The position numbers and the translations under genes are program-made. Below are positions 13,567 to 21,562 of a stretch of DNA of 24,000 bases, one piece after another (position 1 is the first letter of the stretch; the number at the start of each line of letters is the position of its first letter). The notes under the pieces are model-generated. The model worked only from the letters and a program-made list of their open reading frames with translations. It did not search any database and had not been told where the DNA came from. The stretch is from Synechococcus sp. NB0720_010. Lineage in GTDB: Bacteria > Cyanobacteriota > Cyanobacteriia > PCC-6307 > Cyanobiaceae. Where the stretch lies: the NCBI RefSeq assembly GCF_023078835.1, contig NZ_CP090898.1, positions 784,045 to 808,044 on the forward strand, written 5' to 3'.

Positions 13567-14559
13567 TTAAGCCGCCAGATAGGCGTGCATCTCCTCGGAG
13601 CGGCGGCGCAGCTCTTCGTGGGCCTTGCGCTCGAGGCTGCGGGCACGGTCGCGGCTCATCTCAAGCGCACGGGCAATGGAGCTCAGGCTCATGGGCTCCT
13701 CAACATCGATGCCGTAGCGCATCTTCAGCACGCGGCCCTGCAGGTCCGGCAGCTGGTCCAAGAGTCCCCGCATGTCCATGCGCAGGCACTCCCCATCCAC
13801 CAGCTCTGACGGCTGGGTGCCATCGGCGGCCAGCAGATCCAGCAGCTCCGTGTCATCGCCGTCGCCCACCTTCGTCTCCAGGCTCACGGGCTGGCGCGCG
13901 CGGCAGAGCAGGTCCTTCACCTCCTCCTCAGGAAGGTCCACAAACTCGGCCAGCTCCGTCACCGTCGGCGTGCGGCCCAGCTCCTGGCTCAGCTCACGCT
14001 GCCCCTTCTTGAGCTTGTTCAGCGTCTCGGTGATGTGGATCGGCAGCCGGATCGTTCGGCTCTTCTCAGCAATCGCCCGCGTGATCCCCTGGCGGATCCA
14101 CCAGTAGGCATAAGTCGAAAACTTGTAGCCCCGGGTCGGGTCGAACTTTTCAACACCCCGCACCAAGCCAATCGTTCCCTCCTGGATCAGGTCCAGAAGC
14201 TCCATGTTCCGCTTGGTGTACTTCTTCGCCACGCTCACCACCAACCTCAAGTTGGCGGCCACCATCCGCTCCTTGGCCCGCTGACCACTCCTCAGGCGCT
14301 TCTTGAGCTGAACCTGCGTCAGACCCGCTTCCTTCGCCAGCACCGCAGGCGAAGGCTTCTCCACACCCTCACGGCTCGCGAGTTCCTGCTCCAGCTCCTC
14401 CAGCGCCACCAGCTCTTGGACCTGGCGACCCAAGGTGATCTCCTGCTCGTGGGTCAGCAGCGGCACCCGGCCGATATCCCGCAGATACGAGCGCACCAGG
14501 TCCGTTCCACCGGCCAGCGCGGTGTCGCGGACAGCACGAAGGATCGGAACAGAGGGCAT
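13567..14559 (-). CDS. Sigma-70 family RNA polymerase sigma factor (group-2-like, 330 aa)
   Basis: Region 1.2/2 reads YLRDIGRVPLLTHEQEITLGRQVQ and GTIGLVRGVEKFDPTRGYKFSTYAYWWIRQGITRAI. Region 3 reads IRLPIHITETLNKLKK. Region 4 reads LKMRYGIDVEEPMSLSSIARALEMSRDRARSLERKAHEEL. I trimmed the track ORF (13567-15030) to the ATG at 14559 (cat at 14557-14559). The upstream 157 aa are Ser/Arg/Pro-rich and antisense to the pseudouridine synthase gene. Confidence 0.9.
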   Translation of the reverse strand: MPSVPILRAVRDTALAGGTDLVRSYLRDIGRVPLLTHEQEITLGRQVQELVALEELEQELASREGVEKPSPAVLAKEAGLTQVQLKKRLRSGQRAKERMVAANLRLVVSVAKKYTKRNMELLDLIQEGTIGLVRGVEKFDPTRGYKFSTYAYWWIRQGITRAIAEKSRTIRLPIHITETLNKLKKGQRELSQELGRTPTVTELAEFVDLPEEEVKDLLCRARQPVSLETKVGDGDDTELLDLLAADGTQPSELVDGECLRMDMRGLLDQLPDLQGRVLKMRYGIDVEEPMSLSSIARALEMSRDRARSLERKAHEELRRRSEEMHAYLAA

Positions 14560-14572
14560 CAGCGAAAACGAA

Positions 14573-14596
14573 TTACGAAACCCAGGTGTTTCGTAA
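14573..14596. promoter_or_regulatory. Perfect 9-bp inverted repeat with 6-nt spacer in the divergent sigma / pseudouridine-synthase intergenic region (candidate operator or 5'-UTR hairpin)
   Basis: ttacgaaac (14573-14581) ccaggt gtttcgtaa (14588-14596). It lies 14-37 nt upstream of the sigma start codon (14559) and ~64 nt upstream of the + strand ATG at 14660. I cannot name a regulator. Confidence 0.35.
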
Positions 14597-14659
14597 AGCT
14601 GTTGCGGAACCGTATCACTTTTTTCTGATGAGCAAAATGCTTTTGGGCACAGCGCTGAG

Positions 14660-15367
14660 ATGGCCGCCGAACGACTGCAAAAGCTGATTGCCCAGGCGGG
14701 GGTCTGCTCCAGGCGCCGCGCCGAGGAGCTGCTCAGGGACGGCCGCGTCACGGTCAATGGCCAGCGGGCCCAGCTGGGGGACAAGGCCGATCCCAACAGC
14801 GATGCCATCAGCCTCGATGGCCAGCCCCTCCGCGCCTCCGCCGAACCGATGGTGCTGCTGCTGAACAAACCCGCCGGGGTCCTCAGCAGTTGCTTTGACC
14901 CCGAAGGCCGGCCGATCGTGCTCGACCTGCTGCCGCCCGAGCTGGCCCGGGGCCAAGGACTGCACCCGGTCGGGCGCCTGGACTTTGAGAGCCGCGGCGC
15001 CCTGCTGCTCAGCAACGACGGGGCCCTCACCCTCCAGCTGACCCATCCGCGCTATGCCCACAGCAAGACCTACCGGGTCTGGGTGCAGGGACAACCCAGC
15101 CAACGGGTGCTGGATCAATGGGCCCGCGGCGTCAGTCTCGATGGCCTGCCCTCCCAACCGGTGCAGGTCAGAAGCCTCAGCAGCGAACAGGGCCGGACCC
15201 TGCTGGAGCTGGTCATGGGCGAAGGGAAAAACCGTCAGATCCGCCGCACGGCCGAGCTTCTGGGCCACCACGTCCTCGATCTGCAGCGCATCGCCATCGG
15301 CCCGATTCATCTCGGAGCACTTCCAGAGGGTCGCTGGAGACGAATAAACGACCAAGAATGGGAATAA
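14660..15367 (+). CDS. RsuA/RluB-family pseudouridine synthase with N-terminal S4 RNA-binding domain (235 aa)
   Basis: The S4 motif reads ERLQKLIAQAGVCSRRRAEELLRDGRVTVNG. The catalytic motif reads HPVGRLDFESRGALLLSNDG, followed by KTYRVWV and GKNRQIRR. Confidence 0.9.
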   Translation: MAAERLQKLIAQAGVCSRRRAEELLRDGRVTVNGQRAQLGDKADPNSDAISLDGQPLRASAEPMVLLLNKPAGVLSSCFDPEGRPIVLDLLPPELARGQGLHPVGRLDFESRGALLLSNDGALTLQLTHPRYAHSKTYRVWVQGQPSQRVLDQWARGVSLDGLPSQPVQVRSLSSEQGRTLLELVMGEGKNRQIRRTAELLGHHVLDLQRIAIGPIHLGALPEGRWRRINDQEWE

Positions 15368-15384
15368 GAAGCTGATCGGCCGGA

Positions 15385-16284
15385 ATGCCTCGGTTCGCCC
15401 TGTCCATCCCAGGTCTGGCCCGTTTGATGGGCCGGGGTAACAGCGGCGGCGATGCCAGCCCTGACAGCCCTGAGGTGGAAGACCCCTTGCTGGAGGTCGG
15501 CCGGCGGCTCAAGAGCGAACGGGAATCCCGGGGCCTGAACCTGCGGCAAATGGCCCTGGAGACCAAGATCAGCACCCCCGTGCTCGAGGCGCTGGAGCGG
15601 GGTTGGCGCGATCGCCTGCCGGAGGGGGCCTACCTCAAGTCGATGCTGCCGCTGCTGGAGGAGTACCTCAACCTGCCCGGCGGAAGCCTGGCCGCAGCAC
15701 TCCCACCGGAGAGCGAGAACGCCGCGGCCAACGCCAATCGTCTGCAGCGCTTCACCCCGGGCTCGATCGATGTCTTCAGCAGCTGGCAGGGAACGGTTCT
15801 CTACGGGGCCGTCACCCTGGGGCTGATCTACGGCCTGAACCTGCAGCAGCGCCAACTTGCCGCGGCCAACCTGCTGACCCTCAATCCGATCCCTGCCCTC
15901 AAACCGAGCGAGCAGGCCAAGGCGGTCCAAGCCGGAGACAACCTGCTGGTGGCCTATCCCGATCTACGCCCCCTCGAGCGCGCCCAGCGCGGCAGCAGTC
16001 AAAGCGCCCTGCGCCAACCACTACCGGCCCCCGAAGGCCCGGGGGTTCTGGAGCTGAACCTCAGTCAGGCCAGTTCCCTCAACCTCAGCAGTGATGGCGG
16101 ACAACGCAGCCAGCTGAGCGGCAGCAAGGGACAGCTGGTGCTGCAGCTGCAGCCGCCCCTGCGCCTCTCCGTCTCACCGGCCCCGAAAACCGGCGAGGTG
16201 ATCTGGAACGGCAAGCCCCTGGCGGCCCTGCCCAAACAGCCAGAGCAGTTTCAAGTGCCGGCTCCTCAGCCGCCGCGCCCGTAG
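15385..16284 (+). CDS. RodZ-like helix-turn-helix membrane protein (HTH, single TM, DUF4115-like C-terminus; 299 aa)
   Basis: The HTH reads VGRRLKSERESRGLNLRQMALETKISTPVLEALERGWRDRLPEGAYLKSML, resembling the RodZ N-terminus. The TM reads VLYGAVTLGLIYGLNL, followed by a Pro-rich linker and a beta-rich C-terminus. An alternative start at Met15 is possible. The 3' end overlaps malQ by 19 nt (convergent). Confidence 0.7.
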   Translation: MPRFALSIPGLARLMGRGNSGGDASPDSPEVEDPLLEVGRRLKSERESRGLNLRQMALETKISTPVLEALERGWRDRLPEGAYLKSMLPLLEEYLNLPGGSLAAALPPESENAAANANRLQRFTPGSIDVFSSWQGTVLYGAVTLGLIYGLNLQQRQLAAANLLTLNPIPALKPSEQAKAVQAGDNLLVAYPDLRPLERAQRGSSQSALRQPLPAPEGPGVLELNLSQASSLNLSSDGGQRSQLSGSKGQLVLQLQPPLRLSVSPAPKTGEVIWNGKPLAALPKQPEQFQVPAPQPPRP

Positions 16285-17744
16285 CGCCGAGCCAACTCGG
16301 CGTAGCCCTGCAGTGGACCCTCCAGCGAAGCAATCGACTGGCCCAGGCGCCATTGCCAATTGCCCTCCGTCGTCCCCGGGGTGTTGAAGCGGGCCTCATC
16401 CCCCAGGTGCAGCAGATCCTGCAGCGGCACCAAGGCCCATCCGGCGCTGGTGGCCAGGGCCAACTCCAACAGCTGCCAACCCGGGGCATGAACCGGGCCG
16501 GTCAGGGCCTCCACCTGGGCCCGTTGCTCAGCGCTCAGCTGCTGCCACCAACCGATACAGGTGGCGTTGTCATGGGTGCCGGTGTAGACGACCCAGCGCT
16601 CTCCCTCGATGTTGCTGGGGAGATAGGGGTTTCCTGGATTGCCATCGAAGGCGAACTGCAGGATCTTCATCCCTGGCAGGGCGAAGCGATCGCGGAGGGC
16701 CTCCACCTCAGGCGTGATCACCCCCAGGTCCTCGGCAATCAAGGGCAGCGGAGCTTGCAACAGGCGCAGCAGGCTGGCTCCAGGGGTGCGCTTCCACACC
16801 CCCCGCTCCGCGGTGTCATCACCACCCGGAACGATCCAGGCGGCCTCCAGGGCCCGGAAGTGATCAATCCTCAGCAGATCAACCACCTGCAGCTGCCGCC
16901 GCAGACGCCGCCTCCACCAGCGGAAACGACTCAGGCGATGCAGGGGCCAGCAGTAAACCGGCGTTCCCCAGAGCTGGCCGGTCTCAGAGAAGTAATCCGG
17001 CGGCACACCGCTCTGCTGAAGCAGGTGTCCGGAGCGATCCAGCGAGAACAGGCGGCGGTGGCTCCAGACATCGGCGCTGTCATGAGCCACATAAAAAGGG
17101 ATGTCACCGATCACCTGCACCCCGCGGTAGCGGGCGTGATCCAGCACCGCCTGCCACTGCTGCTGCAGCTGCCACTGGAGCAAGGCCTCCTGCAGCAAGG
17201 ACGGCCCATGCTCCTGATCGAAGGCCTTCAGGGCCGATCGCTTGCGGCCGGCCAATGCTGCAGGCCAGGACCACCAGGGCTGGCCCCCATGGAGCTGCCG
17301 CAGCACGACAAAGCGGCAGTGATCCACAAGCCAATAGCGCTGCTGAACGCGCCAGGCCGCAAAGGCCTGCTGGGTGGGCTCGTCCCAGCTTGGGTAGTTC
17401 TGCAGGAGCGCGTCTGCCAGGGCTGCGGAGCGGCGCTTAGCAAGATCAAAGTCCAGTCGCCCGGGCTGCCCTCCAGCCGGGATGGCGCTGAGGTCCTGCT
17501 GCGGGAGCAGGCCGGCCTGCACCAGGGCATCGGCATCCAAACACCAGGGGTTCAGGGCGAAGGCGCTGGGGGCGCTGTAGGGGGAGCCCAGGCCGTCGGT
17601 GGGGGCCAGGGGCAGCACCTGCCAGGCCTGGATGCCCTGGCTGGCGAGGGCATCGACCCACTGATGGGCAGCGGCCCCAAAGGTCCCGCAGGCCGGTGTG
17701 CCCGGCAGCGCCGTGACGTGCAGCAGGACCCCAGCGCGCCTCAT
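16266..17744 (-). CDS. malQ: 4-alpha-glucanotransferase (amylomaltase, GH77)
   Basis: The 492-aa protein starts with RRAGVLLHVTALPG..GTFG and continues with WQVLPL, SPYSAPSAFALNP, IGDIPFYV..DSADVW, LRIDHFR, IAEDLG and YTGTHDN. These are the classic MalQ/DPE motifs. The start ATG overlaps the upstream stop (ATGA at 17741-17744). Confidence 0.95.
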   Translation of the reverse strand: MRRAGVLLHVTALPGTPACGTFGAAAHQWVDALASQGIQAWQVLPLAPTDGLGSPYSAPSAFALNPWCLDADALVQAGLLPQQDLSAIPAGGQPGRLDFDLAKRRSAALADALLQNYPSWDEPTQQAFAAWRVQQRYWLVDHCRFVVLRQLHGGQPWWSWPAALAGRKRSALKAFDQEHGPSLLQEALLQWQLQQQWQAVLDHARYRGVQVIGDIPFYVAHDSADVWSHRRLFSLDRSGHLLQQSGVPPDYFSETGQLWGTPVYCWPLHRLSRFRWWRRRLRRQLQVVDLLRIDHFRALEAAWIVPGGDDTAERGVWKRTPGASLLRLLQAPLPLIAEDLGVITPEVEALRDRFALPGMKILQFAFDGNPGNPYLPSNIEGERWVVYTGTHDNATCIGWWQQLSAEQRAQVEALTGPVHAPGWQLLELALATSAGWALVPLQDLLHLGDEARFNTPGTTEGNWQWRLGQSIASLEGPLQGYAELARRYGRGG

Positions 17745-18982
17745 GGGTTGGGGAGCTCGTAGCGGCTGATGATCCGCTGGGCAAAAGCGGGGATATGGGC
17801 CTCCACCTTCTCGGGGTGATTGCGCCGCAGCCAGAGGGCATTGCGGGTGAAGTGCGAATCAATCGAGAAGCGGCCGTACTCCAGGCCCTGGGGTCCAAAG
17901 CGCCCGACGAAGCAGCCAATGATGTTGGCCAGCCAGATCGGCAGCTTCAGCGCCTTGTCGTAGGCCTCGATGCCCTGCTGCACGGCCGCCTGGCGTTGAC
18001 CGCGACTGGTCACCGGAGCCACATCCAGTTCCGCCTCCACCAAGTCCAGCAACTGCTGACCGCGGGGGTTGCGCACCGTGAGCCATTGCCGGCCAAACGT
18101 CGCCCCCATGTAGCCAACCACCAGGTCCGCACCGGCGTTGGTGTAGTCAAAGCAGCTCAGACAGCTCGGCGCGAAGACGTTTTTGAGCTTGGGCGTATCC
18201 AGCCCGAAGAAGGGAACCGTCTCCTCGCGGCCATCGCTGTGGCGGAAGTGGATCCGGAAGTCCTGCATGAACTCGTAGTGGACCACGGTCTCCGGGGAGC
18301 TGACCGTGGTCTCCAGGAAGGTCTGAAGCCCCTCGCGCGAAACGTTGTCAGTGCAGGGAAGCCCCAGCACATAGAGCTGATCGAGGGGCAGGGTGGACTC
18401 CACCGCCCGCAGGGCCTGGATCTGGCAGCCCACACCGATGGCCAGCAGCTTGCGGATGCCACTGCCGGGGAGCTGCTCCAGTACCTCCAGGTTGGGGGAG
18501 AGGGTCGGCTTGTTCACCCGGGCACTCAGCACCTCCTCTGGGGTGCGGGCCAGCCGTGGCACCGGAGTGAAGCGATCGTCCTCGCTTTGCCCCACGCAGA
18601 GCACGGCATCCACTAGCCCGCTCTCGAGGGCCAGGACGCCAATGCGGCTGGCGATTCCGGTCCACTGGGCGCCGGCGATGGGCTGCTGCAAACGGGCGGT
18701 GAGCATCCGCTGCTGCACACCGAAATAGAGCTCGTCCTCGTTCTCCAGGTCGCGGCTGCGGCCATGGGCCGCGGTCTCCATCGCCTCAAAGCGCTGGTTC
18801 AAAAAGGCGCAGCTGTCCTTGACATAGGCCACCCAGCGGCTGTCGCAGAGACCGCATTGGCTGCAGAGGTCCCTCGCTGGATAGGTGCTGCCTTTCGCCA
18901 GGGGCCGGGCCCTGTCATGGGGCAGCGAGGAGCCTGGAGATGAAGCAGCGAGGGACAACGACTTGGCCGGGCGAGGCCACAA
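17741..18982 (-). CDS. Coenzyme F420 hydrogenase/dehydrogenase beta-subunit (FrhB) family Fe-S flavoprotein, BciB/HCAR-like (chlorophyll-metabolism reductase family)
   Basis: The 413-aa protein carries an N-terminal Cys cluster (CSQCGLCDSRWVAYVKDSCAF), then YFGV...AQWTGI....LE.GLVDAVLCV and LAIGVGCQIQALR, LGLPCTDN. From sequence alone I cannot separate the 8-vinyl reductase (BciB) and 7-hydroxymethyl-chlorophyll a reductase subfamilies. The start is uncertain. Confidence 0.8.
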   Translation of the reverse strand: MWPRPAKSLSLAASSPGSSLPHDRARPLAKGSTYPARDLCSQCGLCDSRWVAYVKDSCAFLNQRFEAMETAAHGRSRDLENEDELYFGVQQRMLTARLQQPIAGAQWTGIASRIGVLALESGLVDAVLCVGQSEDDRFTPVPRLARTPEEVLSARVNKPTLSPNLEVLEQLPGSGIRKLLAIGVGCQIQALRAVESTLPLDQLYVLGLPCTDNVSREGLQTFLETTVSSPETVVHYEFMQDFRIHFRHSDGREETVPFFGLDTPKLKNVFAPSCLSCFDYTNAGADLVVGYMGATFGRQWLTVRNPRGQQLLDLVEAELDVAPVTSRGQRQAAVQQGIEAYDKALKLPIWLANIIGCFVGRFGPQGLEYGRFSIDSHFTRNALWLRRNHPEKVEAHIPAFAQRIISRYELPNP

Positions 18983-19063
18983 CCTATCTGGCGTGAGCGC
19001 AACAACGGCGTCAGCCCCAGGCGACCTACGTCAAAGTGGTGCGTCTTTGAACGCCGCCCGTCC

Positions 19064-20002
19064 ATGGCCACCGCTGGGAATCGCCCGCAGCGCAGTGCTC
19101 GCCAACGGGCCGCGATTCGCCTCCTGGCCGCCGGCGCGGGGATCGTCGCGGGCCTGGGTGCCCTGAGCCTGGTCTGGCCCCTGCAGGACCACTCCGCCAA
19201 AGAAGACGGTCCTCCCAGCGCCGAGGCCCTCGCCGAACAACCGAGCCAGCCCCTGAACGTGCTGCTGATTGGCTCCGATGCCGACCGTCAGGGGGCCATT
19301 TCCAACGGAGCCGCCCCGGCTGGCCCCGCCAACAGCGATGCCCTGCTGCTGGTGCATGTCGATCCCAACGGCCCAGTTCAGGTGATGAACCTTCCGATCG
19401 AAGGGGCCGTTCGCTTACCCGGTGACGCCACGCCGGTGCCCCTCGGCAGCCTCTACCGCCGCGGGGGGGCAGCCCTCGTGGCCAGCGCCAGCGCGGAACT
19501 GCTGGGTCTGGCCGATGGAGCGCCCGAGCGTTATGTGGTCATCCCCCGCACGGCCCTGCGGGAGCTGGTGGATGGGATGGGACGGCTGGAGCTGGCGCCG
19601 GATCGGGCGATGGCCTACACGGATCAAAGCCAGAAGCTCACCATCGCCCTGCAGGGGGGCCTGCAGCAGCTCAATGGCACCCAGGTGGAGCAGTACCTGC
19701 GCTTCAGGGACCCGATCAATGGTGAGGAGCGCCGGCGTGATCGCCAAGAGCAGGCCATCGCCACCCTGCTGCGGCAGATGGGTCAGGCCGCCCAGCTCAA
19801 GCGCCTGCCCTCCCTGATTGCCGAACTGCGGCCCCAGGTGGACACGAACCTCACGCCCCAGGAGGTGCTGAGCCTGATGGCGGTGGCCCTGCAGCCGGGG
19901 CAATCCGTGCAGTTCCAGAGCCTCAGCCTGCGGCCGGCCCTCAATGCAAAGGCATCGATGCGGGAGCTGGAGGAGCAGCGGCTGCAACCGCGCTGGCCGT
20001 AA
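19064..20002 (+). CDS. LytR-CpsA-Psr (LCP) family cell-envelope protein (312 aa)
   Basis: The N-terminal TM anchor reads AIRLLAAGAGIVAGLGALSLVW. The LCP core reads LNVLLIGSDADR......NSDALLLVHVDPNG.VQVMNLPIEGAVRLPG, then YVVIPRTALRELVDGMGRLEL and LNGTQVEQYLRFRD. Confidence 0.85.
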   Translation: MATAGNRPQRSARQRAAIRLLAAGAGIVAGLGALSLVWPLQDHSAKEDGPPSAEALAEQPSQPLNVLLIGSDADRQGAISNGAAPAGPANSDALLLVHVDPNGPVQVMNLPIEGAVRLPGDATPVPLGSLYRRGGAALVASASAELLGLADGAPERYVVIPRTALRELVDGMGRLELAPDRAMAYTDQSQKLTIALQGGLQQLNGTQVEQYLRFRDPINGEERRRDRQEQAIATLLRQMGQAAQLKRLPSLIAELRPQVDTNLTPQEVLSLMAVALQPGQSVQFQSLSLRPALNAKASMRELEEQRLQPRWP

Positions 20003-20486
20003 TCAGGCGCAGGCGCAACTCCGCAAGGGCCTCTGGGTCCGCCGGCGAGGACGGCAGGTGCCCCAACCAGGGCAGGCCTTCGGCGCGGCGCTCCGCCGGT
20101 CTCCAGTCCCCGCCCCACTGGATCATCCCGACCAGGGGAACCCGGTAGTGGCGGAGCAGTGCCCAGTGGCTGCGGGCTAGGCCGGCGGCACGGTCCGCCT
20201 CACTGCAGAGCAAGCAGGTGGGTAGGCGCCAGGCGCCCAGCAGTTCCGCCCAGCACTCCACTGCGCCCAGGGGCTGCGCGGGATCGATGTCCAAGGGCTG
20301 GAGCCAGCCTGGCGCTTCTGCGCTGAGGGCCAGCAGGGACGCTTGAGGATCCCGCTGATCGCTGTCCCAGGAATGCATTAGCCGACATCCCGTGAGGTCC
20401 GCCAAGGCGGAGGCCGAGATGCCCATGCGCCCCCCTGGAGCCACCAAACAGACCCCTGAGGCAGCGCTGGAGTTCGAGCGATTCAT
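19941..20486 (-). CDS. Hypothetical protein; weak resemblance to a dethiobiotin-synthetase-like (P-loop NTPase) fold with a degenerate P-loop
   Basis: The ORF fills the ~560-nt gap between the LCP gene and prs. I trimmed the track ORF (to 20606) to the ATG at 20486 because the longer form would overlap the prs start. VCLVAPGGRMGISASALADL loosely aligns with BioD FFVTGTDTGVGKTVVSCALL but lacks GK[ST]. The C-terminal LPTCLLCSE...RVPLVGMIQWGG...LPWLGHLP resembles the BioD C-terminal half. The last ~20 codons overlap the LCP 3' end. Coding status and function are both uncertain. Confidence 0.35.
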   Translation of the reverse strand: MNRSNSSAASGVCLVAPGGRMGISASALADLTGCRLMHSWDSDQRDPQASLLALSAEAPGWLQPLDIDPAQPLGAVECWAELLGAWRLPTCLLCSEADRAAGLARSHWALLRHYRVPLVGMIQWGGDWRPAERRAEGLPWLGHLPSSPADPEALAELRLRLITASAVAAAAPPAPASMPLH

Positions 20487-20566
20487 GAAGGGATCGGGCT
20501 CCAGGGTGCTGACCGCGTGCCGGGCGGCTTCTACGATCAGGGTTCTACCGTCCAGCCAGCGGCCCC

Positions 20567-21562
20567 GTGACCAGTTTCCTGACCGCAGAACGGGTCGATC
20601 AGGCAAGCATGGGCCATGACACCAAGCGCCTGCGGCTGTTCAGCGGCACCTCAAACCAGGCCCTGGCTCGAGAGATCGGTGCCTACCTCGGGGTCCCGGA
20701 TGGCCCGCGGGTCATCAAACGCTTTGCCGATGGCGAGCTCTACATCCAGATCCAGGAATCGATCCGAGGCTGCGACGTCTTCCTGATCCAACCGACCTGC
20801 GCTCCGGTGAACGATCACCTGATGGAGCTGCTGGTGATGGTGGATGCCTGCAAACGGGCCTCCGCCCGCCAGATCACAGCTGTGATCCCTTACTACGGCT
20901 ACGCCCGGGCTGACCGGAAAACCGCGGGCCGCGAGTCGATCACCGCCAAATTGGTGGCCAACCTGCTGGCCAAGTCCGGTGTGGATCGAGTGCTGGCGAT
21001 GGACCTGCACTCCGCCCAGATCCAGGGCTACTTCGACATTCCCTGCGACCACATCTATGGGTCCCCGGTGCTGGTGGACTATCTGCGCGGCCGCGACCTG
21101 GGCGATGTGGTGGTGGTCTCCCCCGACGTCGGTGGCGTGGCCCGGGCCCGGGCCTTCGCCAAGCAGCTCAATGACGCACCCCTGGCGATCATCGACAAGC
21201 GCCGCTCCGGCCACAACGTGGCTGAAAGCCTGACGGTCATTGGTGATGTGGCCGGCAAGACCGCGATCGTGATCGACGACATGATCGACACCGGCGGCAC
21301 GATCTGCGCTGGCGCGCGCCTGCTGCGTCAGAACGGAGCGACCCAGGTGCTGGCCTGCGCGACCCATGCGGTCTTCTCTCCACCGGCGGTGGAACGTCTC
21401 TCCGAGCCCGGCCTGTTCGAGGAGGTGATCGTCACCAACTCCATCCCCCTGAGCGAAGACCGCCGCTTCCCCCAGCTGCAGGTGCTCTCAGTGGCCAACA
21501 TGCTCGGTGAGGCGATCTGGCGCATCCACGACGAGAGCTCCGTTAGCTCAATGTTCCGGTGA
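20567..21562 (+). CDS. prs: Ribose-phosphate pyrophosphokinase (PRPP synthetase)
   Basis: Readable motifs are RLFSGTSNQALAREIGAYLGV, KRFADGELYIQIQESIRGCDVFLIQPTC, AVIPYYGYARADRK, AMDLHSAQIQGYFDIP, VVVSPDVGGVARARAFA and IVIDDMIDTGGT. An alternative start at Met15 (20609) is possible. Confidence 0.95.
   Translation: MTSFLTAERVDQASMGHDTKRLRLFSGTSNQALAREIGAYLGVPDGPRVIKRFADGELYIQIQESIRGCDVFLIQPTCAPVNDHLMELLVMVDACKRASARQITAVIPYYGYARADRKTAGRESITAKLVANLLAKSGVDRVLAMDLHSAQIQGYFDIPCDHIYGSPVLVDYLRGRDLGDVVVVSPDVGGVARARAFAKQLNDAPLAIIDKRRSGHNVAESLTVIGDVAGKTAIVIDDMIDTGGTICAGARLLRQNGATQVLACATHAVFSPPAVERLSEPGLFEEVIVTNSIPLSEDRRFPQLQVLSVANMLGEAIWRIHDESSVSSMFR

Noticed and set aside
14573-14596. The palindrome as an NtcA or CRP/cAMP-receptor binding site.
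   Set aside because: It does not match GTA-N8-TAC or TGTGA-N6-TCACA. The half-sites are TTACGAAAC with a 6-nt spacer.
14560-15030. N-terminal 157-aa extension of the sigma-factor ORF as given in the track (13567-15030).
   Set aside because: The extension is Ser/Arg/Pro-rich and has no sigma region 1.1-like sequence. It runs antisense through the pseudouridine synthase gene and its promoter region. A proper ATG at 14559 precedes the conserved region 1.2.
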